DNA of 64,000 nucleotides from Methanobacterium sp. (GCA_049706655.1 JBNAKM010000003.1:121587-185586), one strand, 5' to 3'. Shown: positions 22,518 to 34,279, counted from the first letter of the stretch. Numbers and translations are program-made. The notes: generated by a model from the letters alone, not told the origin.

Positions 22518-23183
22518 TCAAATTAAACCTTTATTTTCCAATATTTCAACTGGATTATCTCTTAATATGGCTGAAATATGTTCTTTAGGAATTCCGGCAC
22601 CTAATGCTAATCTATATGCAGTTTCATAAGATATTATGTCATCTGGAGAATGGGTATCTGTATCTAAAACCAGATTAGCACCTACTTCAAATGCAACTTT
22701 AGCTACGTGGCCATTTGAAAGGCTATGACCTTTTCTTGCGCTTATTTCAAGAGCTATATTGTTTTCTTTAGCAAGTTTTGCTTCTTCGTGTGTTATAATG
22801 CCTGGATGCGCTAATATATCTACTTCAGGGCAGTTTACAGCAGCTAAATTTGTTCCTCCAATAACTGGCTCTGCAAGTGTTTCTCCATGGACAACTACAA
22901 TTTCTGCTCCAAGCTTTCGAGCCTTATTTGCAAGTTTTCCTATGATTTCTGCAGGTGCATGGGTTATTTCAGCTCCTGGAATAACTTCTATATCCCAGTT
23001 TTCTTTTATATCAAGTATCACATTTTTAATTCGCCTAACACAATCCATATTAGATGCGTCAACATGATCAGTTATTGCAATTGCTTCATGATTCAAAACA
23101 CTGGCCCTTCTTGCAATTTCTGAAGGTAAAAGTTCTCCATCGCTAAATATACTGTGCATATGAAGGTCTATTCGCTTATTTAT
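22518..23183 (-). CDS. PHP-family phosphatase (histidinol phosphatase-like); probable ATA start
   Basis: IDLHMHS motif spans the track's ATG at 23159; AITDH, GAEITH, VHGET, LAHPG, DTDTHS. Confidence 0.9.
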   Translation of the reverse strand: MNKRIDLHMHSIFSDGELLPSEIARRASVLNHEAIAITDHVDASNMDCVRRIKNVILDIKENWDIEVIPGAEITHAPAEIIGKLANKARKLGAEIVVVHGETLAEPVIGGTNLAAVNCPEVDILAHPGIITHEEAKLAKENNIALEISARKGHSLSNGHVAKVAFEVGANLVLDTDTHSPDDIISYETAYRLALGAGIPKEHISAILRDNPVEILENKGLI

Positions 23184-23346
23184 AAAATTCCCTCCTTAGT
23201 TATCTCCCAAGTGTTAATAAGACTGATTTAAAGATTTATATATTGAAATACATATTTGTATTTACTAATCTTTTTATTAGTAAATGATATAATAAATATA
23301 CTTATATCCACTAGTTTAAATTTAAAATTTTTTTATTGGTGCTAAA

Positions 23347-24219
23347 ATGAATTGTTCTGTATTTGTCCCTTCTCATATTACTGGCTTTTTTGAAATAATA
23401 GACAACGAGAATCCTCTTAAAAAAGGGTCAAGAGGTGCTGGAGTTGTTATGGACAAAGGAGTTATTACTGAAGTCAAATTGGGAAATAGAAATGGGTTTA
23501 ATATTACAATAAATGGAAAAAAAGATCCTAAAAACGTTACAATTACTGAAAAAGTCATTGAAATTATTAAAAGAGATTATAATTTAGATTTTGAAAAAAT
23601 AAACATTAATCATAATGTTGAGGTGCCTATAGGAGCAGGATTTGGTACTTCTGCAGCATTTGCATTAGGAACCGTTCTTGCAGTTTCAAATATTTTTAGT
23701 TTACCTTTAACTTTTAACAGAGCGGCCCAAATTGCTCATGTAGCAGAGTTAGAAATGAGCAGCGGTTTAGGGGACGTTGTCGGCGAAATATCTGGAGGAA
23801 TGGTTTTAAGACTTAAAGAGGGTGCACCTGGGATTGGAATAATCGATAAATTGATATTAAAAGAGTCTCCAGAACTTTATGTTATTTCAAAAACTTTTGG
23901 GGAGATTAAAACATCGGATATTATTGAAGACTCTGCATATAAAGAAAGAATAAATTCTATTGGGGGAGATTTACTTTTAAAACTTATTAAAAAGCCCGAA
24001 CCTCAAAATTTAATGAAATTATCGAAAAAATTTGCTGAAAAAACAGAACTTCTGACCAATGAAGTTTTAGAAACAATAAATATACTGGAAGAAGAAACTT
24101 TAGGAGCTTCTATGGCTATGCTTGGAAATACTGCTTTTGCTATATCTAAAGTGCCAGATACAAGTATTGAAAATGCTTTAGTCGCTAAGCTTAATTATTC
24201 TGGATTAAAATTTTTATAA
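23347..24219 (+). CDS. Pantoate kinase (GHMP family)
   Basis: FVPSHITGFF, GSRGAG, PIGAGFGTSAA, AHVAE..SGLGDV, ASMAMLGNT. Confidence 0.92.
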   Translation: MNCSVFVPSHITGFFEIIDNENPLKKGSRGAGVVMDKGVITEVKLGNRNGFNITINGKKDPKNVTITEKVIEIIKRDYNLDFEKININHNVEVPIGAGFGTSAAFALGTVLAVSNIFSLPLTFNRAAQIAHVAELEMSSGLGDVVGEISGGMVLRLKEGAPGIGIIDKLILKESPELYVISKTFGEIKTSDIIEDSAYKERINSIGGDLLLKLIKKPEPQNLMKLSKKFAEKTELLTNEVLETINILEEETLGASMAMLGNTAFAISKVPDTSIENALVAKLNYSGLKFL

Positions 24220-24423
24220 TGTTTAATTAATTCATTTTTTAAAGAGGATAATTAAAATAAGCACTATAATTAATATTCTAAATATAATATAGATGGTAAA
24301 CCAATCCATACTTAGTTATATTTAATAATTATTTATTATTTTTTAATAAAATAGATATATTTAATGTGATGTCTTTAAATTAGGCACTAAAGCGTCTAAA
24401 ATTATATTATCCTTTCTAATAAA

Positions 24424-25203
24424 TTAGACATCTTCAATATTATAATGAATTCCCTCTTCATCAAGTTTTCTTGTAATGCTACCGGTCATTTTACCAACAG
24501 CAAAAACAAGGACATTTAAACCTCTTTTAGCTGCAGCAACAGTAGCATAGGGTGTTGCAAACTCAAAATCTGGAGAAATATTTAATTTATCAGCCATTGC
24601 CTTTGAAATAGTTCCCATTACACCAATGCGGTCAAATCCTTTTTTATATATTTCCTCAATTTTCTCTAAGCTACAGGATCTTGAACCACCTTTAGTTATA
24701 GTTGGAAGTCTTATTATGGTTACATTACCATTTTTTAGCTCAATAGTACCATCTAATCTTATTAAAGCAACATCTTCGCCTTTTTCGGCATCTTGGAGCA
24801 CTTCAGCTGTTGCGGGAGATTTCTCTCTAATGGCATAAAGCGTACCATTAACCATTTTAAGTCCTACTTTTTCGCCAACTTTGAGTTTTGTTCCTGCAAT
24901 TGCAGGCCATATTGACTTGTAGGTGTTCATTGTTTCTACAACTTCGTCAGCATATTTTCTAAGTTCAACAGCCTCTTTTTTAATCTTTTCAATTCCTCTT
25001 TTAGTAATATGATATCTTATCTGATCTTCCCTAATTTCTACAAATCCTTCGTCAGTTAAGCTCTTTATGTTTTCAGAAACTGCCTGAACGGTAATTCCAA
25101 GTTTTTCAGCAATATCCTTTTGCCTTAAATGAGGCTGATTTTTGGCAATCTCTGCTAAAATCTGAAACCTTGTAAGTTCACCTTTTTTTTTAAAAACTTT
25201 CAT
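24424..25203 (-). CDS. Winged-helix transcriptional regulator with C-terminal domain
   Basis: [25 protein letters not shown] followed by wing YHITKRG. Confidence 0.85.
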   Translation of the reverse strand: MKVFKKKGELTRFQILAEIAKNQPHLRQKDIAEKLGITVQAVSENIKSLTDEGFVEIREDQIRYHITKRGIEKIKKEAVELRKYADEVVETMNTYKSIWPAIAGTKLKVGEKVGLKMVNGTLYAIREKSPATAEVLQDAEKGEDVALIRLDGTIELKNGNVTIIRLPTITKGGSRSCSLEKIEEIYKKGFDRIGVMGTISKAMADKLNISPDFEFATPYATVAAAKRGLNVLVFAVGKMTGSITRKLDEEGIHYNIEDV

Positions 25204-25225
25204 CTCTTGGCTCCAAAATAGATAA

Positions 25226-26632
25226 TCAGGTTAAAATTTTCCCATGCAAGTATTCATCAAGAGTTAAGAGGAATTTGTCCATTTTATCTTCTTCTATGTA
25301 AGCACCGCAAGCAACAGAGTGTCCTCCTCCGTTTCCACCGAATTTTTTAGCAACTTTTCTGATTATATTTCCGAAATGTATCCCGTCATAGGCTAAAAGA
25401 CGTGAACACCGGAGAGAAATTTTTACCCCTTCACCACCAGCAACTGGTGTAAATCCAATAATTGGCTTTCTCCAATCACCATAACTTAAAATCATTCCCG
25501 CAACTGTCCCTATTACCTCACTTTTAATTTCACTACCTTCAAAATATTGTAAATTTTGAAGTTGAGTAATTCTATCTTCCTCACGGACCCAGTCCATTTT
25601 TTTAGCAAGATATATTCTGTGTTCTTTAGTAAGATATTCCATTTCATCTAAATAGGATCCTCTATCGCCCTTTAAAACATTAAAAGCTATTTCTGGATGA
25701 CTATGACGACTGCAAGCATTGACTGCGGTTGAAAATTCACTGGCATCTCTAAGAGGAGAATATTTCTTTTCACCTAAAAATTCATAGTATTCTCCAGCAA
25801 TTAATTTAGGGACGTGTTTTATATATCTTTTAGGCACTTCACGGCTTAACATTTTGACAAGTTCAGAAAATATTTTACCCTTTTCTTCTTGGGTTAGATC
25901 AGATAAAGTACGTGCTTTTTTACCAGTTTTAGTTGGAATTCCAAGCTCATTAAGCATGTGGATACATTCATTACGATTGTTTGTTATTGGAAGGTTAACA
26001 TCACCAAAATATGAAAGTGCAACAAATATAGGTCTTGTTTGTCTTCCATAAATGGAAAGGTCGTTTCCAGAGGCAACAAGTTTATTTTGAATACTGTCTG
26101 AGAGAATATTTCTGTTTAAACCCATTAATTTTCCTGTCAAGCTGTTCTGCATGTCTCCAACAGCACTTAAAATACCTAACCAGCTTAAGTCCGAAAATCC
26201 AAAAGTTCTAGCAAGTAAATATGACATTCCTCCACCAGAAATCTCATGAGAACCATCTAAATTATAATAATGGGGATTTATCTCTAAAAATTCACTTGAA
26301 GTATGATTATCATAAATTTGAGGTCTTAATGGAGGGTGATGATCTAAAATAAGTATTTTTGATGAGGAATTACCTAATTTGTCAACGCTTTGGCCTGATC
26401 CAAGGTCTGAAAAAATGGTTAATTCATTTTCAAGCTCAAGTCCATCTATTTTATCTAAATTTATAAATTCAACTTCATGATCTTTTTCAAGCCGATCTAA
26501 CATTAATGAAAGCAATGAACCTGCAGTTATTCCATCACAATCAATATGGCTGTATATCTTAATGTCTTCGGCATCTTTAACCATTTCATGTGCTTTAGAA
26601 TATGCTTTTTTCATTAATTCGTTATTTTCCAT
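25226..26632 (-). CDS. recJ: RecJ-like DHH family nuclease
   Basis: [32 protein letters not shown]. Confidence 0.9.
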   Translation of the reverse strand: MENNELMKKAYSKAHEMVKDAEDIKIYSHIDCDGITAGSLLSLMLDRLEKDHEVEFINLDKIDGLELENELTIFSDLGSGQSVDKLGNSSSKILILDHHPPLRPQIYDNHTSSEFLEINPHYYNLDGSHEISGGGMSYLLARTFGFSDLSWLGILSAVGDMQNSLTGKLMGLNRNILSDSIQNKLVASGNDLSIYGRQTRPIFVALSYFGDVNLPITNNRNECIHMLNELGIPTKTGKKARTLSDLTQEEKGKIFSELVKMLSREVPKRYIKHVPKLIAGEYYEFLGEKKYSPLRDASEFSTAVNACSRHSHPEIAFNVLKGDRGSYLDEMEYLTKEHRIYLAKKMDWVREEDRITQLQNLQYFEGSEIKSEVIGTVAGMILSYGDWRKPIIGFTPVAGGEGVKISLRCSRLLAYDGIHFGNIIRKVAKKFGGNGGGHSVACGAYIEEDKMDKFLLTLDEYLHGKILT

Positions 26633-26684
26633 TAATTTTCTCCAATGAAATCATTTAGCTTTTAATTAAATTCTTTATTTGATA

Positions 26685-26957
26685 CTATGATCTCATTCCT
26701 TTTATCATATTGCTTATTTTTATTAAAAGTTCTCTTTTAGGTATATTTTTATCTACAGAAATCCTTCCTGAGTTTTCCCACCATGAACGTGAATAAGACT
26801 TATCATTTTCAACTTCCGGACTCAGCTGAAGTTTTTTTGCAGCATTTGAAATTTCTCTAAGTTTAGGAGAAGGTACTGCATCATTTTTAGAAATACGTCT
26901 TCCTTCTTTTTTAGTTTTTTCAGAATCAATATAAACAGGCCATATTATTGTTTTCAT
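26685..26957 (-). CDS. srp19: Signal recognition particle protein SRP19
   Basis: [33 protein letters not shown]; ATG at 26957 behind GAGGT. Confidence 0.95.
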   Translation of the reverse strand: MKTIIWPVYIDSEKTKKEGRRISKNDAVPSPKLREISNAAKKLQLSPEVENDKSYSRSWWENSGRISVDKNIPKRELLIKISNMIKGMRS

Positions 26958-27021
26958 ACAATAAACCTCTGATATTTTCATATACTTATCAATTATCTCT
27001 TTAAGTTAAAATAATTGTAAA

Positions 27022-27795
27022 TTAATCCTTCATCACATCTACTAATTTATCCAGCATGTCCTTAAATGTGTATACTTCAGGCATAACTGGTTCAATTTCA
27101 TAAGCATCAAGAACTTTTTTAGTTATTGGACCTATTGCAGCAACAGTAACTTCTTTATTTTTAAGTATATCAATAATTTCTTCTTTTCCCTGTTTTTTAG
27201 CAATTTTAATAAGATTTTTAACAGTTAAAGGACTTGTAAACATTATAATGTCAATATTTCTTTTCAATATGTCCTCAATAAGTTCATAGATTTTAGATTT
27301 ATCATCGGGCATCTCTGATTTGTATGCATCTGCCAGAATTACTTCTGCACCTCTTGCTTGAAGGCCATGGGGAAGTGTATATCGGGCTACCATTGTTCTT
27401 GGAAGTCCTATCTTCATTCCCTTAACATCAAATTGTTCAAATGCCTCAAGTAGCCCTTCTGCAGTGTAATTAGCAGGAATTAAATCGGGTTTAACACCGT
27501 ATTTTTCCAGTGGTTCGGCAGTTTTAGGGCCAATAACTGCAACTTTTAAATCATGAGCTTTTTTGAGGTTACAGTATTTGAAGAAAGCTTCAATAGCTCT
27601 TGGAGATGTAAATACTAGCCAATCAAGTTCTTTAAGGATATTACAGAGGTTTATCATTTCTTCTGGCTTTGAATCCTTAAGTTCAATTGTAGGAGTTACA
27701 ATAGGAATGGCTCCATAAGATTTAACCATTTCAACTGAATCTTTAGCTCTTTCAGCAGGCCTAGTAATTACAATTTTTTTACCTTTCAAGCTCAT
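27022..27795 (-). CDS. hemD: Uroporphyrinogen-III synthase
   Basis: VITRP, VFTSP, VIGPKTA, MFTSPLTV, AIGPIT; directly downstream of cobA. Confidence 0.93.
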   Translation of the reverse strand: MSLKGKKIVITRPAERAKDSVEMVKSYGAIPIVTPTIELKDSKPEEMINLCNILKELDWLVFTSPRAIEAFFKYCNLKKAHDLKVAVIGPKTAEPLEKYGVKPDLIPANYTAEGLLEAFEQFDVKGMKIGLPRTMVARYTLPHGLQARGAEVILADAYKSEMPDDKSKIYELIEDILKRNIDIIMFTSPLTVKNLIKIAKKQGKEEIIDILKNKEVTVAAIGPITKKVLDAYEIEPVMPEVYTFKDMLDKLVDVMKD

Positions 27796-27808
27796 AATTG
27801 AACCTCTA

Positions 27809-28522
27809 TTATTCTTTAATTCCATTTATTTCTTTAAATATATCTACAACATGACCTATAACTACTAAAGCAGGAGGATTTATGTCTTTTTCAGTTATAT
27901 TTTGGAGAGTGCCGGTTATAATTTTCTGATTTTCCATAGTACCATTTTCAATTACGCACACTGGAGTATTTGGATCTTTATATTTCATTATTTCAGTAAT
28001 ATTTTCTGCTAAATTTCCAATACCCATAAGAATTACAATGGTATCAGCCTTGAAATCCCATGAAACCTGCTTTGACTCTTTAGTTGGGTCCTCATGACCA
28101 GTAACAAATGTAACTGAAGTTGCAACGCCTCGATGGGTAACTGGAAGCCCTATGCTTGTTGGGGCACCTACTGCAGAAGTTACTCCAGGAATTGATTCAA
28201 ATGGAAGTCCTTCTCTAGTAAGGGCAAGCATTTCTTCTCCTCCTCTTCCAAATACAAAGGGATCTCCACCTTTAAGCCTTACTACAACATCATTTTCTTC
28301 TGCTTCTTTAACCAGTATTTCATTTATTTCATTCTGGGTTTTAGAATGATGTCCGGCCTGTTTTCCAACATATATGAGTTTAGCGCCTTCTGCATACTTT
28401 AATATTTCTTCATTTGCAAGTTTATCATATAAGACTACATCAGCTTTTTTTAATGCGTTAATTGCTTTTAAAGTAATTAATTCAGGATCTCCCGGGCCTG
28501 CGCCTACTAAATAAACTACCAT
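27809..28522 (-). CDS. cobA: Uroporphyrinogen-III C-methyltransferase
   Basis: [39 protein letters not shown]. Confidence 0.97.
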   Translation of the reverse strand: MVVYLVGAGPGDPELITLKAINALKKADVVLYDKLANEEILKYAEGAKLIYVGKQAGHHSKTQNEINEILVKEAEENDVVVRLKGGDPFVFGRGGEEMLALTREGLPFESIPGVTSAVGAPTSIGLPVTHRGVATSVTFVTGHEDPTKESKQVSWDFKADTIVILMGIGNLAENITEIMKYKDPNTPVCVIENGTMENQKIITGTLQNITEKDINPPALVVIGHVVDIFKEINGIKE

Positions 28523-28586
28523 GTATTCACCATTTTATTTATAAAAAAATGTAATTAATAATTTAATTAAATGATTTTGACTTTAA

Positions 28587-29243
28587 TCAAGACTTAAAGT
28601 TTACTATTCCTTTAAAGAATTTAAATCCATCATCTGAACCTAAAACTGATTCTGAAGCTCTTTCTGGGTGAGGCATTACAGCACATATAAGTCCTGTTTC
28701 ATCACAAACTCCAGTTATACCTTCAAGGGACCCATTTGGATTTTCTCCTTCAAATTTAAGTACAATCTGGTCTTGATCGTGAAGTTTTTCTATTTCTTCA
28801 GTATAGTATCTGCCTTCAGCGTGAGCTATTGGCATTTTTATTATTTCACCTTTTTTGTAAAGACTTGTAAATGGAGTTCTTGTAGTTACTACCTTCATTT
28901 CTGCGCTTTTACAGATGAACTTGGCGTTTTTATTGTTTGTAAATACGCCGGGCACTAATCCTACTTCTCCAAGTATTTGAGCACCATTACAAATTCCAAG
29001 AACTGGTCTTTCTTCCTTAACAACTTCTTTTATTCCTTCAATAACTGGGGTGATACTTGCTATTGCTCCAGCTCTTAAGTAATCTCCGTAAGAAAAACCA
29101 CCAGGAATTACTATGGCGTCAAAATTAGTTAGATCACTCTGATTCCACCAGACGTATTCTGGTTCGCCTCCTGCTAGTTCAAGGGCGTGAAAAACATCTC
29201 TATCACAATTAGAACCAGGAAAACGTATGATTCCTACTTTCAT
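28587..29243 (-). CDS. purQ: FGAM synthase glutaminase subunit PurQ
   Basis: [38 protein letters not shown]. Confidence 0.98.
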   Translation of the reverse strand: MKVGIIRFPGSNCDRDVFHALELAGGEPEYVWWNQSDLTNFDAIVIPGGFSYGDYLRAGAIASITPVIEGIKEVVKEERPVLGICNGAQILGEVGLVPGVFTNNKNAKFICKSAEMKVVTTRTPFTSLYKKGEIIKMPIAHAEGRYYTEEIEKLHDQDQIVLKFEGENPNGSLEGITGVCDETGLICAVMPHPERASESVLGSDDGFKFFKGIVNFKS

Positions 29244-29268
29244 AATCATTCCTCTTTAATTTATGTAA

Positions 29269-29520
29269 TTATTCCTTTGGGGTTATTTTAATTTCGTAAT
29301 CGTGGATTACAGGGTTACACAGAAGCCTTTGACACATATCATCTACTTCTTCACGAGCCAGATTTTCATCTGCTTCATCAATTGTAAATTTAATTATTTC
29401 AATGGTATCGGTACCTTCAACTTCGTATCCTAAAAGCGCAAGTGCTCTTTGAATTGTTGAAGCTTCTGGGTTTAACATGCCTTTTTTAAGGCTTATTTTA
29501 ACTTCAGCATCATATTTCAT
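29269..29520 (-). CDS. purS: FGAM synthase subunit PurS
   Basis: [23 protein letters not shown]; upstream of purQ. Confidence 0.96.
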   Translation of the reverse strand: MKYDAEVKISLKKGMLNPEASTIQRALALLGYEVEGTDTIEIIKFTIDEADENLAREEVDDMCQRLLCNPVIHDYEIKITPKE

Positions 29521-29925
29521 ATAATCACCTGGATAATATTTAATAAGAATTTAGTTATAAAATTATATTCATAAATCACAGTCTGTACTTATTAATTTTT
29601 TCATAGATGAATTTCAATATTATTATTATTATAAACTCTAATCAAACAATTTATTAGTAATATCTTATTTCTATTGATATATACATATTCAATTTTAAAG
29701 GTTGAATATTAACTGTTTAGATTTAAGAAATCTTAAAAGCCCTACTATTCTTTAAATTAGTTTATTTTATTTATTAAGCTTTTCTTGATCTGCAGAATAT
29801 ATTTTATAATAATATTATCTTTTAATATTTGTCTTATAATTAAAATAACAATTATTCAATTACTTAAATTAGTATAATTATAAAAGAAATTTGTAATTTA
29901 AAAAAATAAAATCAAAAAAAAAGAT

Positions 29926-30237
29926 TTATTTGTCTTTTTTAAGTTCAGGTATTGCCCCTACGTTTTCTTCATACAACTTAACTTGTTGTATTAACCAAGC
30001 AGCTAACTGTTTTGCTGCTAATGGGGCTAATATAACTTCTCCTTGAACTTCACGTATTATGTTTATTTCTCCAGGACTCATAGGTATGTCCTGTTTTAAT
30101 GGTTCTTCAGAATAAAATATAATTCTAAAATCATGAGGGGTAAAACCGCCAAATGCACCTGTAGCATAGATCCTTGGAGAATCTGAAGACATTATATATG
30201 GAATTTCCATTTCATCAACTTTCTTTTCATCAGCCAT
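29926..30237 (-). CDS. DUF3467-like small protein
   Basis: PRIYATGAFGGFTPHDFRIIF and EVILAPLAAKQLAAWL..QVKLYEENVGAI match the DUF3467 pattern as I recall it. Confidence 0.7.
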   Translation of the reverse strand: MADEKKVDEMEIPYIMSSDSPRIYATGAFGGFTPHDFRIIFYSEEPLKQDIPMSPGEINIIREVQGEVILAPLAAKQLAAWLIQQVKLYEENVGAIPELKKDK

Positions 30238-30248
30238 GTAATCAATCC

Positions 30249-30674
30249 TTAAGCTCTTAAATTATAGGCCTTACGAGGTATAAACACATCTTTAATACTT
30301 GAACTAAAGTATTCAGTAAAAGAAACTTCAGGATTTACTGCCTTGTCTATCTGCTGAACTAGTTCTTCTTTTTCTGTTTCTTTAATGGATAAGTCTACTT
30401 TTCTTAAGTATTCTTCATCCTGTAAAATTCCAAGTATTAATGCTCTTCGATCATTTATGTTTATTGCATACTTAGATTTATTTCCAGGTTCTAATATTAC
30501 TAATCCTATTTTTTCTAGTTCTGATAAGTGAGTATACAACGTTTTTGATGAGATATCTGTCATTCGTTCCAGTTCTGCAACTGATAAGTATTCCCCCCAC
30601 CTTTCTAGTAATTCTTCCAATATTCTAACTCTTTTGGTGTCTCTAAATATTTCTTTTAGAATATATGAAGTCAT
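30249..30674 (-). CDS. Winged-helix (ArsR-like) DNA-binding protein with C-terminal extension
   Basis: RVRILEEL, LSVAELERMTDISSKTLYTHLSELEKIGLV, KYAIN; ATG at 30674 behind GGTGG. Confidence 0.8.
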   Translation of the reverse strand: MTSYILKEIFRDTKRVRILEELLERWGEYLSVAELERMTDISSKTLYTHLSELEKIGLVILEPGNKSKYAININDRRALILGILQDEEYLRKVDLSIKETEKEELVQQIDKAVNPEVSFTEYFSSSIKDVFIPRKAYNLRA

Positions 30675-30727
30675 TTTTACCACCACAATATTAACATTAG
30701 TTTTGACCCTTATAAAACTTCGGATTT

Positions 30728-30746
30728 AATTACAATAATTGTAATT
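30728..30746. promoter_or_regulatory. Perfect 9-1-9 inverted repeat, candidate operator in the divergent promoter
   Basis: AATTACAAT-A-ATTGTAATT between two divergently transcribed HTH-type genes. Confidence 0.6.
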
Positions 30747-30809
30747 TTTTACACAAATAATGTTTATGATTGATTAAACATATAAATTAGATTATATAAA
30801 CTATCTTTG

Positions 30810-31118
30810 ATGTCTGAAATTGATGAAATTATCTCTAAATTAACTGATTGTGAACAAAGAATAATGAAGACAATCGGACGACTTAATGCCTCACCTAACA
30901 AGAACTTTACAAGACAAACATTAAAAAAGAAATCTACGGATAAAGAAATACTTCATGTAGATTCGGCAATTAAGAAATTTAGAAAGCTGAAACTATTAAG
31001 AGTATATAGGGCCCCCGATAATTTCGCTGCAACAAATTTAGGTTTTAATGTAGCACAAAAATTAAAACAAGAAGATTGTAAGAATAAATATAATGGGCTT
31101 AGAATAATACGCCGATAA
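30810..31118 (+). CDS. Small basic hypothetical protein, probable winged-helix fold
   Basis: LTDCEQRIMK start, VDSAIKKFRKLKLL helix, FAATNLG wing-like motif; K/R-rich; no clear SD. Confidence 0.6.
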   Translation: MSEIDEIISKLTDCEQRIMKTIGRLNASPNKNFTRQTLKKKSTDKEILHVDSAIKKFRKLKLLRVYRAPDNFAATNLGFNVAQKLKQEDCKNKYNGLRIIRR

Positions 31119-31453
31119 TTTAATTTTCTTTGTAACTAAAATATTTTCCTCATTTATAACTCTTCACGAATAATCCAAAATGACTAATTTAAGTGATCTA
31201 TACGGTTGGGTTAGTATAATTTAAAAAACATTGATTTGATTTTATTTAACGATATTTGAAAAAAAGATACTATTATTACTTATTAGTGCCTATATATTAT
31301 TAGGATATCAACAATTAATATAACATGAAGTTTAAATATCTAAAAGAATAAATGGAACAAGATATTAGATTCATGAGATAATTAAAATAATAATACTTAT
31401 ACTCTTAGAATTATGTTTAAATATATAAATAAAAGGGATATGATGGTTGTAAT

Positions 31454-33232
31454 ATGTGTGGAATTATTGGATGTATATTAGATAATAAAAAAGCTGCTCC
31501 TGTGCTTTTAGAATGTGTAAAACGATTAGAATACAGAGGTTATGACTCTGTAGGGATTGCAACTTCTGGAAGTGCAATAAAAATTAAAAAAGATAAAGGT
31601 AAAATTAATGAAGTTCAAGGAAATTTAAGTTTAACTGATTTACCTGGAGAAATGGGGATAGCACATGTTAGATGGGCTACACACGGACTTCCAACGAAAG
31701 AAAATGCTCATCCTCATACTGATTGTAAAAACAAGATAGCTGTAGTACATAATGGAATAATAGAAAACTATAAAGAATTAAAAACTCAGCTAGAAGAAGA
31801 GGGACATATATTTAAATCAGAAACTGATACTGAAATTATTCCTCACCTTATAGAAAAATATATTGATGAAGGAAATAATTTTGAAGATGCGATAAGACTT
31901 GCAGTAAATAATCTCCAAGGTTCTTATGCAATTGCAGCTATATACAGTGATGAGCCAAATAAAGTTGTTGGAGTAAGAAAGGAAAGTCCTCTAATAGTAG
32001 GTAAAGGCGAAACTGAGTCTTTCATAGCATCTGATGCTCCTGCAATATTACAACACACAAATAATGTTATTTATCTTGAAGATAATGAAATGGTAATTTT
32101 AACTGGTGAAGGAATTATTATTAAAGATACTGATGGTAATATCACTCAAAAAGAAGTTTTTGTTATTGATTGGACTCCAGATATGGCTGAAAAAGGAGGT
32201 TACAATCACTTCATGTTAAAAGAAATACATGAACAGCCTGAAGCAGTTAAAAATACACTTATGGAAGCACCAGAAATTAAAAAGATAGTTCAAAGCTTCC
32301 CTCAATTTAATCGAATTTGTTTTGTTGCCTGTGGAACTTCTTATCATGCTTCCTTAATTGGTAAATATTTGTTTGAAAATATGGTTAGAGTTCCTACTGA
32401 TGTTATACTGGCATCTGAATTTGAATATTCAGCCAATACCATTGATGAAAACACTCTTATAATAGTTATAACTCAATCTGGAGAAACTGCAGATACTCTC
32501 AGGGCTTTAAGACTTGTTAACCATAAATCAAAGAGCCTTGCAATTGTTAATGTGCTTGGAAGTACAGTAACAAGGGAAGCAGAATATGTTATATATACAA
32601 GGGCAGGTCCAGAAATAGGAGTTGCAGCAACAAAGACTTATATAAGTCAATTAACATGTATATATCTTCTCGCTATTTTCATGAGTGGAAAAGAAGAACT
32701 TATGGAAAAACTAAATAAAATTCCCGATTACATGGAATCTGCACTTCAAAAAGAAGATATTATAAAAGAAATTGCTGAAAAATACAAGAATGCACCTGAT
32801 TTCTTCTTCATTGGAAGAGGATTTTCTTATCCCACAGCAATGGAGGGTGCATTGAAACTTAAAGAAATAACATATATTCACGGCGAAGGATATGCTTCAG
32901 GCGAGCTTAAGCATGGCCCTTTAGCCCTTATTGATGATGAAGTACCTGTAGTTGCAGTGGTACCTCCAGGTAAAAGCCACGATAAAACTTTAAGTAATGT
33001 AGAAGAAGTAAAAGCTAGAGGGGCTAAAATAATTAGCCTTGGATCATCTTCTGATAAAGATTTAAAATATCAATCTGATGATATGATAGAATTCGAGGAT
33101 GAAATCGATGAGATGTTTTCAGCTATACCTTATGTGATTCCATTACAGATTTTATCATATTATATAAGTGTTTTAAAAGGAATTGATCCAGATAAACCTA
33201 AAAATCTGGCTAAATGTGTAACTGTGGAATAA
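31454..33232 (+). CDS. glmS: Glutamine--fructose-6-phosphate aminotransferase
   Basis: [44 protein letters not shown]. Confidence 0.98.
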   Translation: MCGIIGCILDNKKAAPVLLECVKRLEYRGYDSVGIATSGSAIKIKKDKGKINEVQGNLSLTDLPGEMGIAHVRWATHGLPTKENAHPHTDCKNKIAVVHNGIIENYKELKTQLEEEGHIFKSETDTEIIPHLIEKYIDEGNNFEDAIRLAVNNLQGSYAIAAIYSDEPNKVVGVRKESPLIVGKGETESFIASDAPAILQHTNNVIYLEDNEMVILTGEGIIIKDTDGNITQKEVFVIDWTPDMAEKGGYNHFMLKEIHEQPEAVKNTLMEAPEIKKIVQSFPQFNRICFVACGTSYHASLIGKYLFENMVRVPTDVILASEFEYSANTIDENTLIIVITQSGETADTLRALRLVNHKSKSLAIVNVLGSTVTREAEYVIYTRAGPEIGVAATKTYISQLTCIYLLAIFMSGKEELMEKLNKIPDYMESALQKEDIIKEIAEKYKNAPDFFFIGRGFSYPTAMEGALKLKEITYIHGEGYASGELKHGPLALIDDEVPVVAVVPPGKSHDKTLSNVEEVKARGAKIISLGSSSDKDLKYQSDDMIEFEDEIDEMFSAIPYVIPLQILSYYISVLKGIDPDKPKNLAKCVTVE

Positions 33233-33300
33233 TTATTCCATATACACGTATATTTTTTTATAAAATTAATTTTAGCATTTTACAAATTAAAATAAAAAAT

Positions 33301-34113
33301 TTAATTAATAGAATTCGAATTTAAATCAAGATCCATAACATAATGCTCTTCTACAAAATAGCCTCTTTCCCCCAGTTCTTTAATTATTTCTACCAGGTTT
33401 TCAAGGTCTCCAGCTTCTGTTGATTCTACTTTAATGTCTTTTTCGCTAACGTATAGTTTATTGCTGGGTCTTTTAAAATCTTCAGCCACTTTTAACCAAA
33501 GGCTCTTTGGAACTCTTTCATTAAATAATTTAATACTTCCTGAAGCTTCTCGAACTACCTCACTATCTGTTTCAGAATCTTTTAATTTTTGGAAGCTTTC
33601 TATTTTTGTTTCAAGATTATTATGAATTCTTTCAGATTCTTTTACTCCATTTTCTTTTAATTTAGTAGTATATTGCTGTATTAATTCCATTAAATCTTTC
33701 TGGTTTTCAATTAACTCCTGTTCAGATATTTTTCTTTCTATTGCATAGGTAATAGCCCTTGAAAGTAGCCTACCACTTACATCCCCTTTCATCAGATAAT
33801 CCTGCGCGCCCTGCCTTACTGCTTTAACAGCCACTTCTTCGTCATCTAAACCACTTAATATTACTATTGGAAGTTCTGAATTGTATTCATGTGCTTTTGT
33901 AAATGTTTCAAGACCCATACTATCTGGTAAACTTAAATCTAAGAGCATAATATCATAGTTATCTTTACTTAAATAATTCAAGCCATCTTCAAGCTTTTTA
34001 GCATTAACTATTTCATATTGAGGCTTTGAAATGTCCTTAAACATTTCTTTAATGAATCTGGCATCTGCATCATTATCCTCTATAAGTAAAACTTTAACTA
34101 TTTTATTTAACAA
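33301..34113 (-). CDS. Response regulator: receiver, coiled coil and unassigned C-terminal domain
   Basis: LLIEDND, LLDLSLPD (phosphoacceptor Asp), ILSG, GAQDYLMKG; TTG start at 34113 behind AGGTGG. Confidence 0.9.
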   Translation of the reverse strand: MLNKIVKVLLIEDNDADARFIKEMFKDISKPQYEIVNAKKLEDGLNYLSKDNYDIMLLDLSLPDSMGLETFTKAHEYNSELPIVILSGLDDEEVAVKAVRQGAQDYLMKGDVSGRLLSRAITYAIERKISEQELIENQKDLMELIQQYTTKLKENGVKESERIHNNLETKIESFQKLKDSETDSEVVREASGSIKLFNERVPKSLWLKVAEDFKRPSNKLYVSEKDIKVESTEAGDLENLVEIIKELGERGYFVEEHYVMDLDLNSNSIN

Positions 34114-34279
34114 AATGACCACCTTCTACAATAATCCTAAAGGGAGTATTTTTACCAAAAACTTCTAAAATCAGTTATTGGTCAATACTATCTTACTATT
34201 TTTTAATATTTTTAATTTTTCTATATGATTTAAAAATGTTTTGATTATACTTTTTAGGATATATTTTGATTTTTAATAT

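Noticed and set aside
33225-33240. Palindrome TGGAATAATTATTCCA matching the NrpR operator pattern GGAA-N6-TTCC
   Set aside because: It overlaps the glmS stop codon between convergent genes, not a promoter. A 3' hairpin or chance match is more likely.
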